DNA from: an uncultured Flavobacteriaceae bacterium
GTDB lineage: Bacteria > Bacteroidota > Bacteroidia > Flavobacteriales > Flavobacteriaceae
Direction of reading: 5' to 3'
Assembly: GCA_963836505.1 (NCBI GenBank)
Contig: CAWIJU010000001.1
Span: 85,387-149,386, forward strand
DNA length: 64,000 bases
Position numbers and translations under genes: made by a program. Below, in pieces: positions 9,288-16,685 of this stretch. Under the pieces are notes generated by a model. It was not told the DNA's origin. It saw nothing but the letters and a program-made list of their open reading frames with translations, and did not search any database. Numbering within the stretch: position 1 is the first letter of the stretch; every line of letters begins with the position of its first letter.

Positions 9288-10445
9288 ATGATTTTAGAAC
9301 TGCTAAAGCCGGTAGAAGATCTCGCCGTTGCTCATAATACCCTGCTGTCTGAGTTTAGTCTGGGGAAAAAGATTAAGATCCATACCAAAAAAAATGGATT
9401 GCCTGACCTCGATACAGCGCAGATCGCCATTCTTGGAGTAAAAGAAGATCGCGGTGCTATCGACAATGCCGGAACAGGGAAGGGTTTGGAAAAGATAAGA
9501 AAGCACATCTATCAGCTCTTTCCCGGGAATTGGTTTGTAGAGATGGTAGATCTCGGTAATATTGATGCCGGAGAGAAAATAGAAGATACTTATTTTGCCC
9601 TGAAAAGTATTTTGGGTGAATTGATGAAAAGGAATATAACGCCTATTATTATAGGTGGAAGTCAGGATTTGACCTACGCGCAATACTCAGCCTATGAAAG
9701 TGTAGCTCAAGGAGTAAATATGGTCGCCATCGACCATAGATTTGATATGGGATTATTGGAGGACAGGATGCATGCCCAAAATTTTATGCATCGGATTATT
9801 TTAGATCGGCCAAATAACCTCTTTCATTACACCAATATTGGTTTTCAGACCTATTTTAATGCACAAGATCAAATTGAACTCATTGAAAAATTACATTTCG
9901 AGGCTTATAGAATAGGAGAAGTCACTCCGGATTTAAAAGTTTTGGAACCTGTTTTTAGAGATGCTGACATGGTCAGTATTGATTTAGGTGCCGTTCGCAT
10001 GAGTGAGGCACCTGCCAATATGAACGCCACGCCCAACGGGTTTTATGGTGATGAAATATGTGCCCTATGCAGGTATGCCGGAATTAGCAGTAAGAATAAG
10101 TCCTTTGGGATTTATGAATTTAATTCGAAAAAGGACCGAGACGAGCAAACGGCGCAGTTGATTGCGCAAATGATCTGGTATTTTATAGAAGGATACAATT
10201 ACAGGATAGAAGAGGATCCATTTACAGCAAAGGATGCTTATCAGAAATATATAGTGCCTATTGATGAGGATACGATCGTATTTTACAAAAGTAATCGCAG
10301 CGAGCGCTGGTGGATGGAAATTATGTACTATCATAATAAAATAAAAAAAACCACGTTAATACCTTGTACATATCAGGATTATTTGACAGCGAATAATCAG
10401 GTATTTCCAGAAAGATGGTTAAAAACATTCAGAAAATTAAGTTGA
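9288..10445 (+). CDS. Arginase/formimidoylglutamase-fold protein with degenerate metal-binding motifs, 385 aa
   Basis: The ureohydrolase-like layout is recognisable (IIGGSQDLT, VAIDHRFD, VSIDLGAV...TPNGF). The canonical GGDHS / DAHxD / SxDxD ligands are partly substituted. It also carries a C-terminal extension of roughly 80-100 aa. Confidence 0.7.
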   Translation: MILELLKPVEDLAVAHNTLLSEFSLGKKIKIHTKKNGLPDLDTAQIAILGVKEDRGAIDNAGTGKGLEKIRKHIYQLFPGNWFVEMVDLGNIDAGEKIEDTYFALKSILGELMKRNITPIIIGGSQDLTYAQYSAYESVAQGVNMVAIDHRFDMGLLEDRMHAQNFMHRIILDRPNNLFHYTNIGFQTYFNAQDQIELIEKLHFEAYRIGEVTPDLKVLEPVFRDADMVSIDLGAVRMSEAPANMNATPNGFYGDEICALCRYAGISSKNKSFGIYEFNSKKDRDEQTAQLIAQMIWYFIEGYNYRIEEDPFTAKDAYQKYIVPIDEDTIVFYKSNRSERWWMEIMYYHNKIKKTTLIPCTYQDYLTANNQVFPERWLKTFRKLS

Positions 10446-10575
10446 AAATACACTAAACAGAATTTTTTATCGTTTGAAGGAACGAAGAGTAGATTTTAAA
10501 GAGCCCTGCTCCTTAGAATTTTTTAAAAGTAATTAATAACACATAATCCAAGTCTTGTTAGAAAAAATTAAAATT

Positions 10576-11976
10576 ATGAAAAAGTTAACGTTATTATTCG
10601 TACTCGTTACAATGTCACTTTTGGTGAGTTGTAAATCTGGTAATGATCAAGGACAGTTAACTGGCGCAAAAGCAAAAAAGAAATTTTTCCCTGAAAAACC
10701 TTACGGAATGGCATTGATCCCTGGTGGATCATTTACTATGGGGAAAGAAGATGAAGATGTTGCCGGTTCATTTAGTGCACCTCCTAGAACAGTTACCGTA
10801 CGACCATTTTATATGGACGAAACAGAGATCACCAATAGCGAATATCGCGAATTTGTTTTTAGGGTGAGAGATTCTATTATTAGAACCAAATTAGCCATCT
10901 TAGCAGAAGAAGCTAATATCGGTGGCGGCGCTCCTATAGAACAAAAGAAGGGAGATATGAGTGGTATCTCTAAATACGGTTTCAAGGAGCAAGACAGCAC
11001 AGATAATGCTTACTACAAATACATGATGGATAACTATGGCAGTTTGGGAGATGTAAATTCTCCGACAGAAGGTCGTTATCTGAACTGGGATGTAGAACTT
11101 GTTTGGGATCCTTCGCAATTTCCTGATGAATACTATGCGGAAGCCATGGACAGTTTGTATTTGCCTATTGATGAGTCTGCAAGTGCGAAGAGAAAAATAG
11201 ATACAAGAAAATTGAAGTATACTTATGTGTGGTTAGATAATGAGGAAGCCGCAAAAGGTAATGGATCTTTAAAAGATTATTTAAAAAAGGATGTGGTAGA
11301 AATTTATCCCGATACAACCGTATGGGTAAAAGATTTCAACTATTCCTATAATGATCCAATGCACCAAGATTATTTCTGGCATCAGGCTTACGATGATTAT
11401 CCAGTGGTTGGTGTAACTTGGAAGCAAGCAAAAGCATTCTGTCATTACAGAACAGATAAGAGAAATACCTATTTGGCAGGTAAAAAGAAAAGTACCGGTA
11501 GAGAACCAAATTTCAGGTTGCCTACAGAGGCTGAATGGGAATACGCTGCCCGAGGTGGTCTGGAATATGCAAAATATCCATGGGGTGGACCTTACACCAC
11601 TACTGATAGAGGATGTTTCCTGGCGAATTTCAAACCAGAAAGAGGAAATTACGCAGCAGACGGAGCTCTTTACACAGTTGAAGCAAGATCTTATAATCCC
11701 AATGATTACGGTTTGTACAATATGTCAGGTAACGTTGCAGAATGGACAAACACCGCTTATAATCCTTCTTCCTATTACTTAGGATCTACCATGAACCCGA
11801 ATGTGGAGGACGAAATGAACAAGCGTAAAGTGATCAGAGGTGGATCTTGGAAAGACGTGGCCTACTTCTTAGAAGTTGGTACAAGAGATTACGAATACGG
11901 TGATTCAGCTAGAAGCTACATCGGATTCAGAACAGTCCAAGATTATATGGGGACCAAAATGAAAGCAAATAAATAG
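10576..11976 (+). CDS. gldK: Gliding motility / type IX secretion lipoprotein GldK (PorK family, FGE-sulfatase fold)
   Basis: Lipoprotein signal MKKLTLLFVLVTMSLLVSC. SUMF1/FGE-type motifs (GVTWKQAKAFC, RLPTEAEWEYAARGG, NVAEWT, RGGSW). It is followed by gldL, gldM and gldN. The track start at 10555 is a TTG. Confidence 0.93.
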   Translation: MKKLTLLFVLVTMSLLVSCKSGNDQGQLTGAKAKKKFFPEKPYGMALIPGGSFTMGKEDEDVAGSFSAPPRTVTVRPFYMDETEITNSEYREFVFRVRDSIIRTKLAILAEEANIGGGAPIEQKKGDMSGISKYGFKEQDSTDNAYYKYMMDNYGSLGDVNSPTEGRYLNWDVELVWDPSQFPDEYYAEAMDSLYLPIDESASAKRKIDTRKLKYTYVWLDNEEAAKGNGSLKDYLKKDVVEIYPDTTVWVKDFNYSYNDPMHQDYFWHQAYDDYPVVGVTWKQAKAFCHYRTDKRNTYLAGKKKSTGREPNFRLPTEAEWEYAARGGLEYAKYPWGGPYTTTDRGCFLANFKPERGNYAADGALYTVEARSYNPNDYGLYNMSGNVAEWTNTAYNPSSYYLGSTMNPNVEDEMNKRKVIRGGSWKDVAYFLEVGTRDYEYGDSARSYIGFRTVQDYMGTKMKANK

Positions 11977-12014
11977 TCTAAAAAAATCAAAAAAACCAAT
12001 TAAAATTTAACACA

Positions 12015-12650
12015 ATGGCACAATCGAAAAACAAAAAGAAATTATTTAACATGGCCTACGGGCTGGGGGCATCAGTTGTAATTTTAGGAGCACTTTTTAA
12101 AATTGCACACTGGCCAGGAGGTACAACTATCTTAACGATCGGTATGATCGTGGAAGCTGCAGTATTCGCGCTGTCTGCGTTCGAACCAGTTGAAGATGAG
12201 TATGATTGGACAAAAGTTTATCCTGAATTAGCAGGAGGAGAAGGAAGTAATAGAAATCAGTTAGTAGAATCAGAACCTCAAGGATTACTTTCTCAAAAAT
12301 TAGATGATCTTTTAAAGGAAGCTAATTTAGATTCAGCAAAGATGTCTCGTCTGGCTTCAAGTATAGAAAATTTTGCCGGAGCTGCGGAAAATATCAAGCC
12401 AGCTGCAGATTCTATTACGGCGACTACCAAATATGCGGATCAGTTGTCTTTGGCAGCCAGTCATATGGAATCACTAAACAGTTTATATAAAGTTCAATTT
12501 GAACATGCACAATTGCAAACTGAATTGAATGATGAAACTGTTGAGAACGCAAAACGATTGAAAGAACAAATGGAGTCTTTGGCTACAAACTTGTCATCTT
12601 TGAATGGAGTTTATGGAGGAATGTTGTCTGCTATGTCCAATAGGGGATAA
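12015..12650 (+). CDS. gldL: Gliding motility / T9SS motor protein GldL (PorL family), 211 aa
   Basis: Two N-terminal TM helices with the conserved FKIAHWPGG motif and a membrane-embedded Glu (IVEAAVFALSAF), plus a coiled C-terminal cytoplasmic domain. Its position in the operon fits. Confidence 0.92.
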   Translation: MAQSKNKKKLFNMAYGLGASVVILGALFKIAHWPGGTTILTIGMIVEAAVFALSAFEPVEDEYDWTKVYPELAGGEGSNRNQLVESEPQGLLSQKLDDLLKEANLDSAKMSRLASSIENFAGAAENIKPAADSITATTKYADQLSLAASHMESLNSLYKVQFEHAQLQTELNDETVENAKRLKEQMESLATNLSSLNGVYGGMLSAMSNRG

Positions 12651-12690
12651 TACAGACCAAAACCAAATTATTAACTCTAAATTATAAAAG

Positions 12691-14235
12691 ATGGCAGGAG
12701 GCAAATTATCACCGAGGCAGAAAATGATCAACCTTATGTACCTGGTTTTCATTGCGATGTTAGCAATGAACATGTCTAAGGAGGTCTTACAAGCCTTTGG
12801 TTTAATGGACGAAAAATTAGTTTCTGCAAATACGGCAGCGACGAAAAGAAATAATCTTTCCTACGAGGATCTTAAATTAAAAGCTGTTGAGCAATCGGAA
12901 AAGTATGCCGATGAAAAAGCAAAAGCAGAAAAGATCAAAAAATTATCGGATGATTATTACAATTATATCGAAAATTTAAAGAACGAAATGAAAGCTACCG
13001 TAGATGATCCAACGGATTACGAGACAATGGATAAAGGTACTTTCTTAGATGATAAGTTCTTTAAAGGGGACGACGGTGTTTACCAGGAAGAAGGTGAGGC
13101 GTTCTTGAGTTATATGGCTAATTATGGTTCACAGATCAATTCTATTTTAGGACCGGAATTTAAAAATGTAAGTGCAGATATTGCAAGTAGATTTTCTACT
13201 GATAAAGTAACTGATAGGGAAGGTAAAGAACGTTTTTGGTTAGATTACAACTACAAAGGTTTTCCTTTGGTAGCTTCTTTAACTAAATTGACACAGATCC
13301 AGGCAGATATCAAAACATCAGAATCTGAGGTTTTGGCGGCCATGCTTCAAGGTCAAATGTCCAGTGATGTTTCGATGAGTAATTATCAAACCATTCTTAT
13401 TCCGAATACCCCTGCAACTTTGCAAGGAGAGAATTTTAAAGGTACCATTGTGTTGGGTCGTTATGACGGTTCACTCAGACCAGAGAAAGTAGTGGTAAAC
13501 GGTAAAGAAATTACCAATTTCAAAGATGGTGGAGCGGTATTAGAATTCCCTGCAGGTAATGTGGGTGAGAATGAGATCAAAGGTAAATTCATTTTTATGG
13601 AGAATGGAGAGCCGGTAGAAATTCCTATTGAAACTTCTTATAACGTTGTGGCAAAACCAAACGCAGCAGTAATTTCTGCCGATAAAATGAACGTAGTGTA
13701 TAGAGGAGTTGAAAACCCGATCACGGTTTCTATTCCCGGTGTTGCGGATAATGCAGTAAATGCTACAGCTCCCGGGTTGAAAAAAGTACAGGGTATTGGA
13801 AAATACTCTATGAGTCCGGGTAAAGGTAATGAAGTGAATATTGTTGTCAATGGTAAATTACCCGACGGAACTCCAATTTCATCAAGTCAAGCATTTAGAA
13901 TTAAAGATATTCCTGCCCCGGTAGCGGCAGTAAGAGGTGAGTACGGTATGATCAAAATGCCAAAAAGTACTTTGCAAAAAGCGACCATCAGTTCAGTTTT
14001 ACCGGATTTCGTATTCGATTTAACCATCAATACAAGCGGATTCAGTGTAAAAGTACCAGGTCAGCCTACCGTTATTGTAAAAGGTGATAAATTTGATGCT
14101 GCGGCAATCAGAGTATTGCAAAGAGCAAGACCGGGAGATGTGGTTGTCATATTTGATCTAAAACAAAGTCTTTCAGGTAACTCAAGTTATTACCTGAAGA
14201 ATGCATCACCAGTTAACGTAGAAATAACAAACTAA
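12691..14235 (+). CDS. gldM: Gliding motility / T9SS motor protein GldM (PorM family), 514 aa
   Basis: Characteristic N-terminus GGKLSPRQKMINLMYLVFIAMLAMN (single TM helix) followed by a long periplasmic region. Its position in the operon fits. Confidence 0.93.
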   Translation: MAGGKLSPRQKMINLMYLVFIAMLAMNMSKEVLQAFGLMDEKLVSANTAATKRNNLSYEDLKLKAVEQSEKYADEKAKAEKIKKLSDDYYNYIENLKNEMKATVDDPTDYETMDKGTFLDDKFFKGDDGVYQEEGEAFLSYMANYGSQINSILGPEFKNVSADIASRFSTDKVTDREGKERFWLDYNYKGFPLVASLTKLTQIQADIKTSESEVLAAMLQGQMSSDVSMSNYQTILIPNTPATLQGENFKGTIVLGRYDGSLRPEKVVVNGKEITNFKDGGAVLEFPAGNVGENEIKGKFIFMENGEPVEIPIETSYNVVAKPNAAVISADKMNVVYRGVENPITVSIPGVADNAVNATAPGLKKVQGIGKYSMSPGKGNEVNIVVNGKLPDGTPISSSQAFRIKDIPAPVAAVRGEYGMIKMPKSTLQKATISSVLPDFVFDLTINTSGFSVKVPGQPTVIVKGDKFDAAAIRVLQRARPGDVVVIFDLKQSLSGNSSYYLKNASPVNVEITN

Positions 14236-14245
14236 AATAAATACA

Positions 14246-15139
14246 ATGAGAATCAAAAGTTTAATAATTGCAATTTCTTTGTTCTCGGTGGGTTATGTAA
14301 GTGCCCAAGCCAATTTATTGAATGCGACTATTCCAGAGCAGGTTGGTATGAAAACACCGGAACAATTGGCAGCAGATAACGATCGGCCTTTACCTTACGG
14401 GTACATCGATGATCGGGACATACTTTGGTCGAAAGTAGTTTGGGAATATGTCGATTTGAATGAAAAGATCAATATGCCTTATTACTATCCTGTAGATACA
14501 AGTAATATCAGCTCAGCGAGAAGGTCATTGTTCGATACTTTATTGAGAGGAATTAAAAGCGGAGAAATTATCGATGTATACGATGATTCTTATTTCGAGG
14601 ATAAATTGACCATGAGAGATATCCAAAATCGCTTATCTAGAATTGATACTTCCAATGCAGGTATGGAGCGATTGAACGCCGGAGAAGAATTAACTGACGA
14701 ATACGTAGATAGAAGAGATATTACCTCTTCCGATATTCAAGGGTTTAGGATCAAAGGAGTATGGTATTTTGACAAGCGTCAAGGTGAATTGAAGTACAGA
14801 TTATTGGGAGTAGCGCCAGTAGCACCTGATGTGAATTTTATAGACAATGCCGGGGCAGAGGATGAGGTCGTAGAATTGTTCTGGGTTTGGTATCCAGGAG
14901 CGCGAGATACGACCTTCGACATGAAAGTGTTCAATCAAAGAAATTCAGCGTATCCCTTATCATTCGATCATTTACTGAATGCGCGAAGATTTAATTCGAT
15001 CATTTACAGAGAAGAAAATATTTATGGTAACAGAGATGTGGCCGAATACATCAAAGGAAATTCACTATTTCAGGTTTTAGAATCCGAATCATTGAAGGAA
15101 TCTATTCGAGATAAAGAATTGGATATGTGGAATTACTAG
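14246..15139 (+). CDS. gldN: Gliding motility / T9SS periplasmic ring protein GldN (PorN family), 297 aa
   Basis: Signal peptide, and size and sequence typical of GldN. It is the last gene of the gldKLMN operon. Confidence 0.9.
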   Translation: MRIKSLIIAISLFSVGYVSAQANLLNATIPEQVGMKTPEQLAADNDRPLPYGYIDDRDILWSKVVWEYVDLNEKINMPYYYPVDTSNISSARRSLFDTLLRGIKSGEIIDVYDDSYFEDKLTMRDIQNRLSRIDTSNAGMERLNAGEELTDEYVDRRDITSSDIQGFRIKGVWYFDKRQGELKYRLLGVAPVAPDVNFIDNAGAEDEVVELFWVWYPGARDTTFDMKVFNQRNSAYPLSFDHLLNARRFNSIIYREENIYGNRDVAEYIKGNSLFQVLESESLKESIRDKELDMWNY

Positions 15140-15151
15140 TTACTAGTAATT
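15131..15151. repeat. Perfect 10+1+10 palindrome spanning the gldN stop codon
   Basis: AATTACTAGT-T-ACTAGTAATT. It also reads as a tandem TACTAGT TACTAGT. The gldN TAG stop is 15137-15139. Confidence 0.9.
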
Positions 15152-15165
15152 TAAATCAAGAAAAA

Positions 15166-15189
15166 CTCTCACCACGGTGGGAGTTTTTT
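15166..15189 (+). terminator. Intrinsic terminator after gldN
   Basis: CTCTCAC (15166-15172) / GTGGGAG (15177-15183) form a 7-bp stem (one G-U pair) with a CACG loop, followed by TTTTTT. Confidence 0.7.
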
Positions 15190-15196
15190 ATTTTTG
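15189..15196 (+). promoter_or_regulatory. Sigma-A -7 box (TATTTTTG) only 4 nt from the ATG of the FAD oxidoreductase gene
   Basis: Exact TAnnTTTG. It overlaps the gldN terminator T-run. The ATG is at 15201. Confidence 0.25.
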
Positions 15197-15200
15197 TACC

Positions 15201-16256
15201 ATGAAAGTCGATTATATCATTGTCGGTCTCGGAATTGCCGGTTTAACGGTGGCCGAACACTTAAAAAGACGAAAGAAAAAATTTCTTATTGTTGAGAATG
15301 ATTCTCAAACCTCTTCCTGGGTGGCAGGGGGTGTTTATAATCCTGTCATCCTCAAAAGGTTTACCCCTGTATGGAATGCGACAGCGCAATTGGATTATGC
15401 CTTACCATTTTACCAATCTCTCGAGAATCATTTTAAGAAAAAGTATATTTACCCAATCGAAATTCTTAGAATTTTTAAGTCTGTTGAAGAGCAGAATAAC
15501 TGGTTTAGCAGTGCTGATCATCCTGCGATGGCTCCCTATCTTTCCACTAAGGTTTTACAGAATAATTCACCATTTATCTCAGCGCCAATGGGATTTGGTA
15601 AAATGAATAAAACAGGTAGAGTAAATATTGAATTATTACTGGCGGATTATAAGAAGGAACTGGAAGACGAACAGTTGCTCTTGCATTCGACTTTTGATCA
15701 TTCAATAATTAATTTTAAACCTGGAGAAGTTGGTTACGGAAATATTCGCGCAAAAGGAATCATTTTTTGCGAGGGTTTTGGTCTCATGCAGAATCCATTC
15801 TTTAATTATTTACCCATGCAGGGTTTAAAAGGAGAGGTCATCACGATAAAAGCACCTGAGTTAAACTTGCAGCAACTGCTTAAATCTGGTGTTTTTATTA
15901 TGCCCTTAGGAGAAGATCTCTATAAAGTTGGAGCTACCTTTAACTGGCAGGACAAAACAAATCAGGTAAGCGATAGCGGTAAAATGGAATTAGAAGAAAA
16001 AGTAAAGGAGTTCATAAAAATACCCTTTGACATAGTAGATCAAAAGGCAGGCGTTAGACCCACTGTTGCTGATAGAAGACCACTTTTAGGCAAGCATCCA
16101 GAACATCCGGAATTGATCGTTTTCAATGGCTTAGGAACGAGAGGAGTGATGATTTCACCTTTGTTGTCAAAGCAATTAATTGATTATGTAGAAGAGCAAA
16201 TACCCTTAGCTCCAGAGGTAGACATAAACAGATTTAAAAAGAAATTTATTGGGTAG
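15201..16256 (+). CDS. FAD-dependent oxidoreductase (DAO family)
   Basis: N-terminal Rossmann dinucleotide motif VDYIIVGLGIAGL. The length and C-terminal GLGTRG segment are typical of the D-amino-acid-oxidase-like family. The track start at 15177 is a GTG inside the terminator hairpin. Confidence 0.8.
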   Translation: MKVDYIIVGLGIAGLTVAEHLKRRKKKFLIVENDSQTSSWVAGGVYNPVILKRFTPVWNATAQLDYALPFYQSLENHFKKKYIYPIEILRIFKSVEEQNNWFSSADHPAMAPYLSTKVLQNNSPFISAPMGFGKMNKTGRVNIELLLADYKKELEDEQLLLHSTFDHSIINFKPGEVGYGNIRAKGIIFCEGFGLMQNPFFNYLPMQGLKGEVITIKAPELNLQQLLKSGVFIMPLGEDLYKVGATFNWQDKTNQVSDSGKMELEEKVKEFIKIPFDIVDQKAGVRPTVADRRPLLGKHPEHPELIVFNGLGTRGVMISPLLSKQLIDYVEEQIPLAPEVDINRFKKKFIG

Positions 16257-16623
16257 CATCTTTTTTGTAATGCACAAAAATATTGATGTAGATCAAACGC
16301 GAAAGTTTTAAGGTCAGCGGTGTAAAAACGATTAGTGTAAAAATAATTCCTATAAAAATAGGCAACAGTTCAAGTCCGAACAAATAAAGGATTATAAAAG
16401 TAAGAATTGAAAGTGCAACGGTTATTCCGTACGAAACATACATAGCCCCATAGAAAAAGGAGGGTTCTATCATATATTTCAAGCCGCAGGCAGAACAATG
16501 CTCATGAATTGCGAGATTTTTCTTTAGGGTAAATGGGTTTTTAGTCACAAAAAAATCCCCTTCCTGACATCTCGGACATTTATTATGGACAATACTGTAA
16601 AGTTTTGAGCCTTTTTTAACCAT
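16246..16623 (-). CDS. DUF983-like small membrane protein, 125 aa
   Basis: Zinc-ribbon-like CPRC...CSACG pair followed by two TM helices. This matches DUF983 as I remember it. Confidence 0.7.
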   Translation of the reverse strand: MVKKGSKLYSIVHNKCPRCQEGDFFVTKNPFTLKKNLAIHEHCSACGLKYMIEPSFFYGAMYVSYGITVALSILTFIILYLFGLELLPIFIGIIFTLIVFTPLTLKLSRLIYINIFVHYKKDATQ

Positions 16624-16642
16624 TCAAAAGCCTGAATTATGT

Positions 16643-16650
16643 TAGTTTTG
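16643..16650 (+). promoter_or_regulatory. Sigma-A -7 box (TAGTTTTG) for the ABC-F gene
   Basis: Exact TAnnTTTG, 35 nt upstream of the ATG at 16686. Confidence 0.4.
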
Positions 16651-16658
16651 CAAATTTA
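16651..16658 (-). promoter_or_regulatory. Sigma-A -7 box (TAAATTTG) for the DUF983 gene, back to back with the ABC-F box
   Basis: Exact TAnnTTTG on the minus strand, 27 nt upstream of the ATG at 16623. It directly abuts the plus-strand box. Confidence 0.4.
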
Positions 16659-16685
16659 TAATTTTAAAACCACAAAATAACTTTC

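Noticed and set aside
9303-9683. Long antisense ORFs over 110 aa here and at 29144-29500, 50009-50371, 52284-52637 and 54720-55073.
   Set aside because: Each is contained within a well-supported gene on the other strand, and each has a composition typical of antisense frames. I see no independent support.
10446-10575. A possible structured leader or terminator between the arginase-like gene and gldK.
   Set aside because: The best stems are only 4-5 bp (GAGC/GCTC, AAGGA/TCCTT), and none is followed by a proper T-run.
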